Assembly (NCBI GenBank): GCA_963833985.1 | Contig: CAWIAD010000001.1 | Coordinates: 1,888,001-1,952,000, forward strand | Origin: an uncultured Planctomycetaceae bacterium | GTDB lineage: Bacteria > Planctomycetota > Planctomycetia > Isosphaerales > Isosphaeraceae | Direction: 5' to 3' | DNA length: 64,000 bases | In this document: one piece after another, positions 43,341 to 58,546 of the stretch | How the letters are laid out: each line of letters starts with the position of its first letter | Numbering within the stretch: position 1 is the stretch's first letter | Position numbers and translations under genes: made by a program | Notes under the pieces: generated by a model | The model's database searches: none | Seen by the model: only the letters and a program-made list of their open reading frames with translations | Told to the model about the DNA's origin: nothing

Positions 43341-44534
43341 TCACGAACGCTTACGCGGCGCACTCTCGTTACCGGCCGACCCCGCCGCGCCTGGGTTCGG
43401 TCCGGCAGATACCCGCAGCGCCGCCGACACGTCGGCGAGCGTCGCGTCGGGCACCGTGAAGGAGTTCTCCAGCAATTGCTCGTCGTCGTTGATCAGCTCC
43501 GGGAACCGCCGGCCCGGCAGCACCGTCACCGCGAAGACCTCCTGCACGGCGGTCTCAAACCGCAGCAGCCCGACCACCTGACCGTTCCTCAGGTCGATCA
43601 CGCAGACGCCGCAGGTCCGCTCTTCCGCCGTGAGCCGCTCGGTGACCGCGATGCCGCTGAACACGGCGCTCTCGCGCACCTGGGACAGGCCGACGAACGC
43701 CAGGTTGCCGGCGAAGTCCACGCCGCGGGTGAAGCCCGGCACCTCGGCGATGGGCACGTACCTGAGGTTCTCCGGGTCGATGTAGCCGAACGTCCCCGCG
43801 CCCGACTCGCAGACCCAGAGCCGGCCGCCGTACCACCGCGGCGAGTGGGGCATCGACAGCCCGCGGGTGATCACCTGGCCCGAGTCCACATCCATCACGA
43901 TGCCGCCCCTGGCCTTGTCCGCCCGCCAGCCGGCCGGCTCGTCGGTCTCGCCCAGCGCCGTGACGTAGCGCGGGCGGCCGTCGACCATGCCCAGCCCGTT
44001 GAGGTGGCAGCGGTCGGTGGGCTCCAGCGCGGTGACGAACGGCGGCCGCCACCGCGGCGCGAAGCTGGCCGAGCCGTCGAGCGTGCAGAGGCAGGAGAAC
44101 CGGGTGTTGACGGCCCAGAGCTCATTGCCCGTGCCCCAGGCCATCTCATGGATCTGGATGTTGCCCGTGACGTGGCTGGAGCGGGGCAGGAAGCAGGCGT
44201 CGTGCCGCTCGGGCGGCTCCAGCTTCGCCGTCACGGCCGGGACGTCGACGAACTCCCAGACCTGGACCTTGGTGCCGACGGCCAGCCGGTCGCCATTGAG
44301 GGCCATGCCCATCGGCGCCTGGAAGCCGCGGAAGTGGGTGTTGAGGTGGTCCCCCTCGTCGCGGACCAGCACCAGCTTGCCGGCCTGGTAGGTGGTCACC
44401 AGGAGCGATGCACCGAGCTGCCGTAGGAGCGCGGGGAAGTTCGGCGTGTGCACCGCCCGCAACGGCGTCGCGGCTTCGCTCTTGGGGGGATCGGAGTCGA
44501 GCGTCGGTCCAGCAGGTGGGATGGCTGTTGTCAT
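43341..44534 (-). CDS. TIGR03032 / DUF4915 family protein
   Basis: SLLVTTYQAGKL, VNTRFSCLC, PRWRPPF, DRCHLNGL, GLSMPHSPRW, VPGFTRG, FVGLSQVRE. Confidence 0.88.
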   Translation of the reverse strand: MTTAIPPAGPTLDSDPPKSEAATPLRAVHTPNFPALLRQLGASLLVTTYQAGKLVLVRDEGDHLNTHFRGFQAPMGMALNGDRLAVGTKVQVWEFVDVPAVTAKLEPPERHDACFLPRSSHVTGNIQIHEMAWGTGNELWAVNTRFSCLCTLDGSASFAPRWRPPFVTALEPTDRCHLNGLGMVDGRPRYVTALGETDEPAGWRADKARGGIVMDVDSGQVITRGLSMPHSPRWYGGRLWVCESGAGTFGYIDPENLRYVPIAEVPGFTRGVDFAGNLAFVGLSQVRESAVFSGIAVTERLTAEERTCGVCVIDLRNGQVVGLLRFETAVQEVFAVTVLPGRRFPELINDDEQLLENSFTVPDATLADVSAALRVSAGPNPGAAGSAGNESAPRKRS

Positions 44535-44893
44535 GATTCTCCAATGCTCTCGTCCGATGCGACCGATTCGCACGAAGCCCCTCAATCCTGTCCGATTGCG
44601 GCCGCGGTGTGTCGTTGCTCCATCGCTGATGCCCTCATCTTGGGGGTGAAACTGCGGGCACCGTCGCCTTGCACCGTCGCACGCTCACGGCTGGGTAGTC
44701 ACCAGCGCCCCAGCCGGGCTTTGTCCGCGAGCCGTTCTTATCTACCAGTACTGCGGGCCATCCGCGGTTGAGGACTGGACCCGTCGGAAACACTTGAGCC
44801 TGCCACATATGGCCGGCACGCGGCAATCTATGGCCTAGAAGTAGGTGCCGGCGAGCGGAGCGGGGCAGAAGGGAGGGATCCGGTCCCCACTCA

Positions 44894-44921
44894 TTGAAAT
44901 CCGCAGTATTTCTAGTAGTAT
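44894..44921 (+). promoter_or_regulatory. Putative sigma70-type promoter directly before the ECF start codon
   Basis: TTGAAA-16 bp-TAGTAT, then 7 nt to ATG 44929; no SD visible. Confidence 0.45.
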
Positions 44922-44928
44922 GAATGAA

Positions 44929-45564
44929 ATGTCACCACCCCCGGGGCAGATCTCGAACCTCGTCGCGCGCGTCGCCGCGGGCGACCTGGCGGCCGTGGTC
45001 GAGCTGCTCGAGCGGTATCGCGGCCGGTTGCGACGGATGGTGGCGTTGCGGCTGGACCCCCGGCTCCAGGGCCGCGTCGACGCCTCGGACGTGATCCAGG
45101 AAGGCTACCTCGACGCGATCCGACGGCTCGACGAGTTCATCCGGGACCCGGCCGTGCCGTTCTACATCTGGCTCCGCTTCCTGGTCGGCCAGCGGATGCA
45201 GGAGCAGCATCGTCGGCACCTCGACACGCCCGGCCGCGACGTCGGCCGCGAGATCTCGATCTACCGCGGCGCGATGCCCGGGGCGAGCACCGGGTGCCCT
45301 GGCCGCCCGGCTCCTGGGCAGGTTGACCAGCCCCAGCGGCGCGGCGATGCGGGCCGAGCGGAAGGTCCGGCTCCAGGAGGCCCTCAATCGCATGGACCCG
45401 CTGGACCGCGAGATCCTGGTCCTTCGTCATTACGAGCAGATGACCAACGGCGACGCCGCCGCGGCCCTGGGCCTGGACAAGTCGGCGGCGAGCAAGCGCT
45501 ACACCCGGGCGCTGGTGCGGCTCAAGGGGATCCTGGCCGCCCTGCCCGGGGAAATCACCGGGGG

Positions 45565-45568
<4 letters not shown>
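44929..45568 (+). CDS. ECF sigma-70 factor, planctomycete type; frameshift near 45295
   Basis: LRRMVALRLDPRLQGRVDASDVIQE; region 4 DREILVLRHYEQMTN…AASKRYTRAL. Confidence 0.9.
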
Positions 45569-50944
<5,376 letters not shown>

Positions 50945-51060
50945 GGACCGGAGACTTCTGGTCGAGGGAATCAGCCACAGGGTTGGCGCGAACTTTGGGC
51001 AAGGTGCGTGGCGTAGATTGCTCGATCTCTGAAGTTGTCTGACGGTAGACGTTCGCGCCG

Positions 51061-51363
51061 GGCGGGATCTTGTTCCGCGCCGGTCGGATCGACGAGGCGA
51101 TCGCCCGCGTGAACGAAGGAATCGCAACCCTGAAAGAGCTGGAAACTCCCACAGATTGGGCCTACCTGGCCCTGGCCCATGCACAACAGGGGTACCTCGC
51201 CGAAGCCCGCCGGTGGCTCGAACGCGCCCGCACTTCTCCTTCTGTTTCATCGGAAGCCTTCTGGGATCTCCAGGAGCTTGCCCTTCTCCGGAGTGAGGCC
51301 GAGGCACTCCTCCTCGACGCCGAGTTTCCGAATGATCCGTTTGCTGATCCGCATCCGAGATGA
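51061..51363 (+). pseudogene. Orphan C-terminal TPR fragment of the type ending planctomycete kinases
   Basis: GGILFRAGRIDEAI…DWAYLALAH…ARRWLE…LELALLRSEAE-like…FPNDPFA; in-frame stops just upstream and no clear RBS. Confidence 0.65.
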
Positions 51364-51777
51364 ACCTGCTGCACCTCGCGCAAGATGTCATCGGAATCGC
51401 GGGAGACACAGCTTTTCAGCGCCCGAGACCATGGACGTGTCAATTCTCACTCGGAAGGGTAGTCCGGGTGAATGAGACAGCAATCACTACCTTCCGCGCG
51501 TCGGTCCGACACGCCGACGCGTTTTCGGGCGTTGCCTCTGGCCCCAAGTTCGTCAGATCAGCCTTAATGGTGCCGCGCCTGGCTCTCATCTGAACAGCTT
51601 CCACCCTCGGTCCGTGAACGCTTACCGCAACGATCGGTCACCCCGAAACAAGGCCGCTCTTGCGAACCGTTGCTCAACGCGTGTTCAATAAACGAGAAGG
51701 CACCATCGCACGCGCAGGCGCCGGTGCACCGTCGATTGCCCGCAGACTCGATCCCGGAATCCCAGGGGGACCCTTCC

Positions 51778-54074
51778 ATGCGACAACCCGCGCGGCCGCC
51801 GGCCCGATCCATGAGCCTGGCGATGGCTTTCCTGCTGGCACTGGGCCGCATGGTGCACGCGGAGAGCCTGCCGGTGGTGACCGATGTCGACCTCCAGCCG
51901 CTGGCCGCGCAGGTCCATCGCGTGGTCGAGGCCCTCGAGGTCCTTGGCCAGCCGCTCTCCGCGCAGGAGAAGGCAAGAATTCAGCAAGCCGTCGAATCCG
52001 CCAGTGCCAGGAATGCCGTGCGACTGCTCCAGGAGGTTCTTGACCCCCATTGCCTGATCGGCATCGAGATCAACCCCGAAAGCCGCGTGAAGTCGGTACA
52101 GGGGCCTGCGCCGCGCGGCTCGTGCAGAACGGCTGGACGGTGTTCCTGATCAAGGTGAACAACCAGGCCGGAGTGACCGCCGAGCTGCAAGCCCGCAGCC
52201 CCAACGCCGAGCCGGTCTTCAAACCTTCGACCAACCGCGCGGAGCCCGGCAGGTCGATCCGCCCGGCCGACGTCACCGACCGCTGGCTGGACCTGAGCCT
52301 CTTCCGCGACCGGCCGCTGAAGCACGAGCTGTCGGGCCTGGCCGTGGAATACCGGATCATCCAGCTCTACAGCCGCGACGCCGGCAAGCGCGAGGCCCGG
52401 ATCCGCTTCAACGTGGGGCAGGGGACGCAGGACCTGGGGTTCCGCAGCGACGTCGATATCCTCTTCTCGTGCGACCCGGCAGTCCACGTCGTGCTCGACG
52501 TGCGCGAACCGGACGGCCGCCCGGCGATGGCCTCGTTCATCATTCGCGACCGCCTGGGACGTGTTTATCCCGCGCCCGGCCGCCGGCTGGCGCCCGACTT
52601 CTTCTTCCACCCCCAGGTGTACCGCCAGAGCGGCGAGAGCGTGCCCCTGCCGCCCGGTACCTACGAGGTTGAATTCACCCGCGGTCCGGAATACCTGGTG
52701 CAGCAGCGCACGATCCACGTGCCCGCCAGGCAAGAGCAGCATGAGACGTTCCAGCTCAAGCGCTGGATCCACCTCGCGCCGCTGCACTGGTTCTCCGGCG
52801 ACCATCACGTCCACGCCGCGGGCTGCGCCCACTACGAAAGCCCGACCGAGGGCGTCAAGCCCGAGGACATGTGGCGGCATATCCTGGGCGAGGATCTCGA
52901 TGTCGGCTGCGTCCTCTCGTGGGGCCCGTGCTGGTACGCCCAGAAGCTCTTCTTCGAGGGCAAGGTGCACCCGCTTTCCACCAGCGAGTACGTGATGCGT
53001 TACGACGTGGAGGTCTCGGGCTTTCCCTCGTCGCACGCCGGGCACCTCTGCCTGCTGCGGCTGAAGGAAGACGACTACCCCGGCACCACGCGCATCGACG
53101 AGTGGCCAAGCTGGGACCTGCCGGTCCTGAAGTGGGGCAAGGCGCAAGGGGGCGTCGTGGGCTTCTCGCATTCGGGCTGGGGACTGAAGACTTCCACCGA
53201 CGCCATCCCGACGGACGAGATTCCCCCCTTCGATGGCATCGGGGCCAATGAGTACATCGTGGACGTGGTGCACGACGCGGTCGACTTCATCTCGACCGTG
53301 GACACCCCCGCTCCCTGGGAGCTGAACATCTGGTACCACACCCTGAATTGCGGCTTCCGGACCCGGATCAGCGGCGAGACCGACTTCCCGTGCATCTACG
53401 GCGAGCGCGTCGGCCTGGGGCGTGTCTACGTGAAGCTGGAGGACGGCCGGCTCGATTTCGACCGCTGGTGCCAGGGGGTCAAGGAGGGCCGTTCCTACGT
53501 CGGCGACGGCCGCAGCCACATACTGGACTTCCGCGTGAACGAGCACGAGCTGGGCGACGCCGGCAGCGAGGTCAAGCTGGTCGCACCCACGACGGTGAAG
53601 GTCCAGGCACGGGTGGCCGCATACCTCGATCCCGAGCCATCCGCCGAGGCGAAGTCGATCCGTCTCCGGCCGCTCGACGAAAAGCCCTACTGGGACATCG
53701 AGCGGGCCCGCCGGGGCACCAGCCGGAAGGTCAAGCTGGAAGTGGTGATCAATGGCCTGCCCGCCGCTTCGAAGGACATCGAGGCCGACGGTTCGCTCCA
53801 GGAGGTCGCCTTTGATCTGCCCATCAAGAAGTCGAGCTGGGTCGCGCTGCGGATCTTGCCGTCGTCGCACACCAACCCGATCTTCGTCATGGTCGGCGGC
53901 AAGCCGGTCCGCGCCTCCAGGAAATCGGCCGAGTGGTGCTTGAAGTGCGTGGACCAGTGCTGGTCCCAGAAGGAGCGCGCCATCCGCCCCGCCGAGAAGG
54001 AAGCGGCACGCGATGCGTACGACGTGGCGCGGCGGGCCTACCGCAAGATCCTCGCGGAATCCGCCGGGGAGTGA
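51778..54074 (+). CDS. Exported CehA/McbA-like PHP-fold metallohydrolase; frameshift near 52110
   Basis: Signal peptide; SGDHHVHAAGC, GFPSSHAGHL, SHSGWG, SGETDFPC, SSHTNP. Confidence 0.75.
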
Positions 54075-54081
54075 GCGCGGT

Positions 54082-55198
54082 TCATGAGGTCCTCGTGCGC
54101 GAACGAATCGCGCGCCGTGGCCGCGCCGGCCGCTCAACCCGCGCAGCTTGCGGACCAGGGTGCGCGGATGCAGCACGCGCCAGGCCCTCAGGAGCGAGAC
54201 GTTGCCGGTCACGGGCGCCAGCCGGCTGCCCTGGAGCGGGCCGGTCAGCGCCCGGCCGTTGAGCGTGTCCCACACGGAGTGCGTCTGGTCGTCGACCATT
54301 CCCCGGGGGTCTTTCTGAAACGTGAGCACCGTGCCGCCGGCCCGGCGCTCGAAGGCCGCGATGGTGGCGCTTGGCCGGTCGAAGATGACAACCAGGTCCA
54401 GCCCGGCGAAGGAGTCGTTGAACACCGGCTGCTGGGCCAGCTCCGGGAGCGGCCAGGAGCAGGCTTGCCCGCCGCGCGCCAGACCCCACTGGAGCATCGC
54501 GAAATACCGGCTCTCGAACGATGCCGGCGAGGGCTCCGCGTCGTGACGGTAGTACTCGACGGTCCGTGGAATGTTCAGCACCGTGGTGCCCGGATGTCCC
54601 GCGCGCCACGTCTTCCAGTCGGTCCAGACGCAGGCGACGGGCTCCAGCGCCGTGCCGTCCAGCGGCCCGGAAACGGCTGACCCCAGCATCTGCGGCCAGT
54701 TGCTGCCGGTCTCCACGTCCTTCATCACCATGTTGTCTCCGGTGAGCTCGCCGGAAACGTAAAACGTGAGCGTCCTGCCGCCGGTCCGCCGCGCGTAGAC
54801 CACCGGCGACTGGCAACGCCCGCACCAGGTCACGGCGATGGGCTGGCCTCCGAGCGTGTCGTTCAGCACGTGGTGTTCCGGGCTGGAGAGCATGTTCAAG
54901 GGGTAGGCGCGGGCCTCTCCGTTCAGCTCCACACCTACCACGAAATACGAGTCGAGCACCGCGGCTCCGGCGTCTCCGGCGGCCAGCACCGGCATATCAA
55001 CCAGTGGCGGCTCCGGTCCGGTCCGCACGGGCGCTGGCTTCCGCGCTTCCGGCCTGTGCGACAGCCAGCGCCAGGTGCGCCCGGGCAACGTGGCCGGCGC
55101 GGGTCCGTGAGCGCGAGCGCAGCACCCAGGCAGAGCAGGGCGATTCCCACAAGCAACCCCAGGACCTTGATGCCGGTAAGTGCACGGGTACGCTTCAT
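54082..55198 (-). CDS. DUF3179 family protein; frameshifts near both ends, 3' end uncertain
   Basis: GEARAYPL, HHVLND, VTWCGRC, DVETGSNWPQ, WKTWRAGHPGT, TLNGRALTGPL. Confidence 0.75.
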
Positions 55199-55482
55199 CG
55201 AATCGATCGAACCTCCCGGGAATGCAGCACTTTCCGCGCACTTTACCGGCGCAGTTCAGCCTCGTTTGTCGCTTCTCAGTCTATCAGGTCGAGTTTTGCC
55301 CTGCTCGCCGGCAGGCGAAGTGTGACCTGGCCGTGTCGGGACCGCACAGCGCAATGCACGATCTGGATACCAGTGCAGGCCGGAGCCGTGAGTCCGATTG
55401 GCTCGTGTGCTCAAAGGACGGGCGGCTGATTCGCTTCGATGAGGCCGTGGTGAGCTGGTTCGTCTCCGGCTGGGGCGAGGGG

Positions 55483-56292
55483 ATGATCGACGACCACGAC
55501 AGCCGGCTGGCCAGCGCGTTCGATAACCAGGCGGCACGGTTCGAGTGCGCGCCTGTTCAGAGCGATCCGGCTGCACTGAGCCGCCTCGTCGAGTTCTCCC
55601 GGTTCCCCGCCGGCGGCACGGTTCTGGACGCAGGCTGCGGTCCAGGCCTGGTCTCGGAGGCTCTGCTGGAGGCCGGCTACCGCGTCATCGGCGTGGACCT
55701 CTCGCACGAGATGGTGGAACGGGCACGCGTGCGCTGTGCCCGCTGGGGCGGTCGGGCGGAGTTTCTCCAGGTCTCGCTCTTCGATCCGGTGCTGGACCGG
55801 CTGGCTCCCTGCGACGGCACGCTGTCACGCTACGTGGTGCACCACGTGACCGATCCGCTTGCCTTTGTAAAACGGCAGGCGGAGCTCCTCCGGCCCGGAG
55901 GCACGCTGGTGATCTGCGACCATCTCACCGACCCGGCTCCCGAGCTTGCCCGCCACCACGAGATGCTCGAGCGGGCACGCGACCGGACGCACACCAGGAA
56001 CCTCACCGCAGGCGAGCTTGTCGACCTGCTGGGCCGGGCCGGGCTGGAACAGCTGGCTTTCCAGGAAGAATCGTTCGTGCTCGATTTCGACGAGTGGTTC
56101 GATCGGGGCACCGCGGCGGATTCCAAGGCCGCCGTCCGTGCCCGGCTGCTGGACGGCCCCGCCGTGCGCGGCTTCCGTCCGATTCTCCGGGCGGATGGCT
56201 CGGTCCGCATCGACTGCCTGCGCGGCCTGCTCCGGGCAGTCAGGCCGCTGGCCCCCAAAGCGTGGACAAAACCAGAGATGTTAAAAAACTGA
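55483..56292 (+). CDS. Class I SAM-dependent methyltransferase
   Basis: VLDAGCGPG, GVDLS, RYVVHH, LRPGG. Confidence 0.85.
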   Translation: MIDDHDSRLASAFDNQAARFECAPVQSDPAALSRLVEFSRFPAGGTVLDAGCGPGLVSEALLEAGYRVIGVDLSHEMVERARVRCARWGGRAEFLQVSLFDPVLDRLAPCDGTLSRYVVHHVTDPLAFVKRQAELLRPGGTLVICDHLTDPAPELARHHEMLERARDRTHTRNLTAGELVDLLGRAGLEQLAFQEESFVLDFDEWFDRGTAADSKAAVRARLLDGPAVRGFRPILRADGSVRIDCLRGLLRAVRPLAPKAWTKPEMLKN

Positions 56293-56299
56293 CCTGTCG

Positions 56300-56328
56300 T
56301 TGACACCACCGCGCTTGTTGGATAGGAT
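56300..56328 (+). promoter_or_regulatory. Putative sigma70-type promoter for the DUF1559 cluster
   Basis: TTGACA-17 bp-TAGGAT. Confidence 0.55.
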
Positions 56329-56581
56329 TATGGATAAGGTATTCCATGCTACCCGAAGAGCATGAATCCCTTCATCCCGCCGCTTCGGGTGCCTTCCCAT
56401 TTGCTCAGAACGTCTCGTGCTCCCGCCGGAGTGTGCCCCCGCCGTGTCAGCAATCTGCACGCAGAAAATCCTCGAATTCCTTGATCCTGCAGCTTGCCGG
56501 CGCGATACTGGCAGTCGAGCTGTTCTGGCCCGGTTTTATCCATTCTTATTCCGGCTCGATCTTATTTATTCACCAGCTATT

Positions 56582-56601
56582 ATCTTTAACTTATTAAAGA
56601 T
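56582..56601. promoter_or_regulatory. AT-rich palindrome, candidate operator
   Basis: ATCTTTAA-ctta-TTAAAGAT, about 100 bp upstream of the lipoprotein gene. Confidence 0.45.
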
Positions 56602-56703
56602 GAAGAGAACTCTCATGGGCTATGCGTGACGGGGCTAGCCAGGCGACGGTGCTTGATGTCTCGTTCGCGCAGTATCCGTGGCGTGAACGCCAGAGGAGCT
56701 TTG

Positions 56704-56914
56704 ATGGAGGTACCGGGGTTACCTTCTGTGGGTCGCAGGGAATTCTGCCTGGGAATTGTGGCCGTGCTGAGTCTCGCCGGTTGCGGCGATGGGTCCAGCG
56801 CAGGCCACGGTGGACAATGCGAAGGCCAAGGAGGATGCCGAGCGCGCTGCTCGCGAGCAGGCCTACGGGCCAGGCGGAGACCCGAACAAGACCAAAGCGA
56901 AGCACAAGCGCTAA
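56704..56914 (+). CDS. Small lipoprotein, about 70 aa; apparent frameshift near 56800
   Basis: GAGGAG RBS; RREF + hydrophobic stretch + lipobox LAGC; second frame gives QATVDNAKAKEDAERAAREQAYGPGGDPNKTKAKHKR*. Confidence 0.55.
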
Positions 56915-57286
56915 GCCTTTACAGGCTCCGAGCGCGCCGCGTCGACCAGCCATACCGCCCGTGCGGTTCCGCTGGTGTGTATTGCGGCATCCGTATTGAT
57001 CGTTGAGAGCAATCTCATTCCAGCGGCGTGAGGCACCCTCACCGTCGAGCGTGGAGAGTGCGCAAGGCTGCTGCCGGCGGCGGATGAGCTGCCGCCGGCT
57101 GGTGTCGGCGAAATGCGCCATTCCTTCACAAGGGACTGGATCGGGCAATATCAGGCCTTGGGCGAGAGCCTGTAGGTTCCCACCTGCGCGCGCTTCCTGA
57201 GCCGGCGCGATCGCTCCGGGGATGAGCACTGGAGAATCGTTTTCAAGACGCTCTTTTTATCTCAGATCGAAAGTGGAGAGTTTTTT

Positions 57287-58411
57287 ATGAGACCGAAAGG
57301 CCAACGCGCGTTCACGCTCATCGAGCTCCTAGTGGTCATCGCGATCATCGCGGTGCTCATCTCCTTGCTCCTTCCCGCCGTTCAGGCGGCGCGTGAGGCA
57401 GCCCGTCGCTCCCAGTGCGTCAACAACCTCAAGCAGATCGGCCTGGCCATGCACAACTATCACCAGGCCAACGACTGCTTCCCCCAGGGGCATTCCCAGT
57501 CCGCCTCCCAGATTGGCTACGCCGGGGGTTATGCCGGCTGGACCGAATGGAGCGCCCAGGCCGAGCTGCTTCAGTACATGGAACAAGGCACCATGTACAA
57601 CTCCATCAACTTCTACTTCTGCGGTGGTTATAACTATGGACAGTATGCCAACAGCACCGCCTGGGGAAGCCTGGTGAAGAGCTTCATCTGTCCCTCTGAC
57701 AACTATGCCGCCACCGCGTCGCCCGGTATGGGCACCGGCAATCCCGGCTCGAACAGCTATCGCGGCAGCATCGGCACCACGACGTCGCCCTACAACTCGC
57801 TCGGCTACGGCGCTTGCTCCCCGGACCCCTACAACTTCAACGGTCCTGCCAGCTGTCAGCCCTACTCGACGGGCATCTTCGCCTACTGGGTCACTTACGG
57901 CCTGTCGAGCATCTCCGACGGCAGCTCGAATACCATCGCCTTCTCCGAGTCGCTCATCGGCTCGTCCAGTGGCAACGCCATGAGCCGCTTCAACTCCGTC
58001 ACCGGCGTCACGGCGGCCAACGTGGCCGAGACGTCCAACGCCCTGGGGCTGTCCCCGCTCGTCCTCTCCCAGGCGCTCCAGGCCTGCACCCAGGCCTACC
58101 AGTCGAACACGAACGTCAGCGTCGCCAACGGGAATCGCTGGGGATGGGGAGCGATGTCGATCACCTTGTTCAACACCGTGGTCACCCCGAACTCGAAGCT
58201 CTACCCCTGGAATTCCTGCCGCGACCAGTGCGGTGGCTGCGGTCCGGATGACTCGATCTTCTCGAACGCACAGAGCAACCACCCCGGCGGCGTGAACGTC
58301 ATGTTCGCCGACGGCAGTGTGCGGTTCGTCAAGGACTCCATCAACCAGCAGGCCTGGATGGCCCTCGGCACCAAGGACATGTCGGAGGTCATCAGCTCCG
58401 ACTCGTACTGA
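57287..58411 (+). CDS. DUF1559 protein (prepilin-type N-terminus, H-X9-DG C-terminus)
   Basis: [14 protein letters not shown]…[41 protein letters not shown]. Confidence 0.95.
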   Translation: MRPKGQRAFTLIELLVVIAIIAVLISLLLPAVQAAREAARRSQCVNNLKQIGLAMHNYHQANDCFPQGHSQSASQIGYAGGYAGWTEWSAQAELLQYMEQGTMYNSINFYFCGGYNYGQYANSTAWGSLVKSFICPSDNYAATASPGMGTGNPGSNSYRGSIGTTTSPYNSLGYGACSPDPYNFNGPASCQPYSTGIFAYWVTYGLSSISDGSSNTIAFSESLIGSSSGNAMSRFNSVTGVTAANVAETSNALGLSPLVLSQALQACTQAYQSNTNVSVANGNRWGWGAMSITLFNTVVTPNSKLYPWNSCRDQCGGCGPDDSIFSNAQSNHPGGVNVMFADGSVRFVKDSINQQAWMALGTKDMSEVISSDSY

Positions 58412-58546
58412 GCTGGAGCTCTCTCAGACCGCGGACCAGACCGCCCGGCGGCAGCGAACCTGCCGCCCGTCCCGGTCCGTGTCCCGGCTGGTCCCCTCTC
58501 CCGGCGGATTTCCCCTTTCCGCCGGGTTTTCGCACGCCCCGATGGA

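Noticed and set aside
51981..55241. 1086-aa DUF3179 fusion protein
   Set aside because: Most of it is antisense to the metallohydrolase gene; only about 54100-55050 is protein-like.
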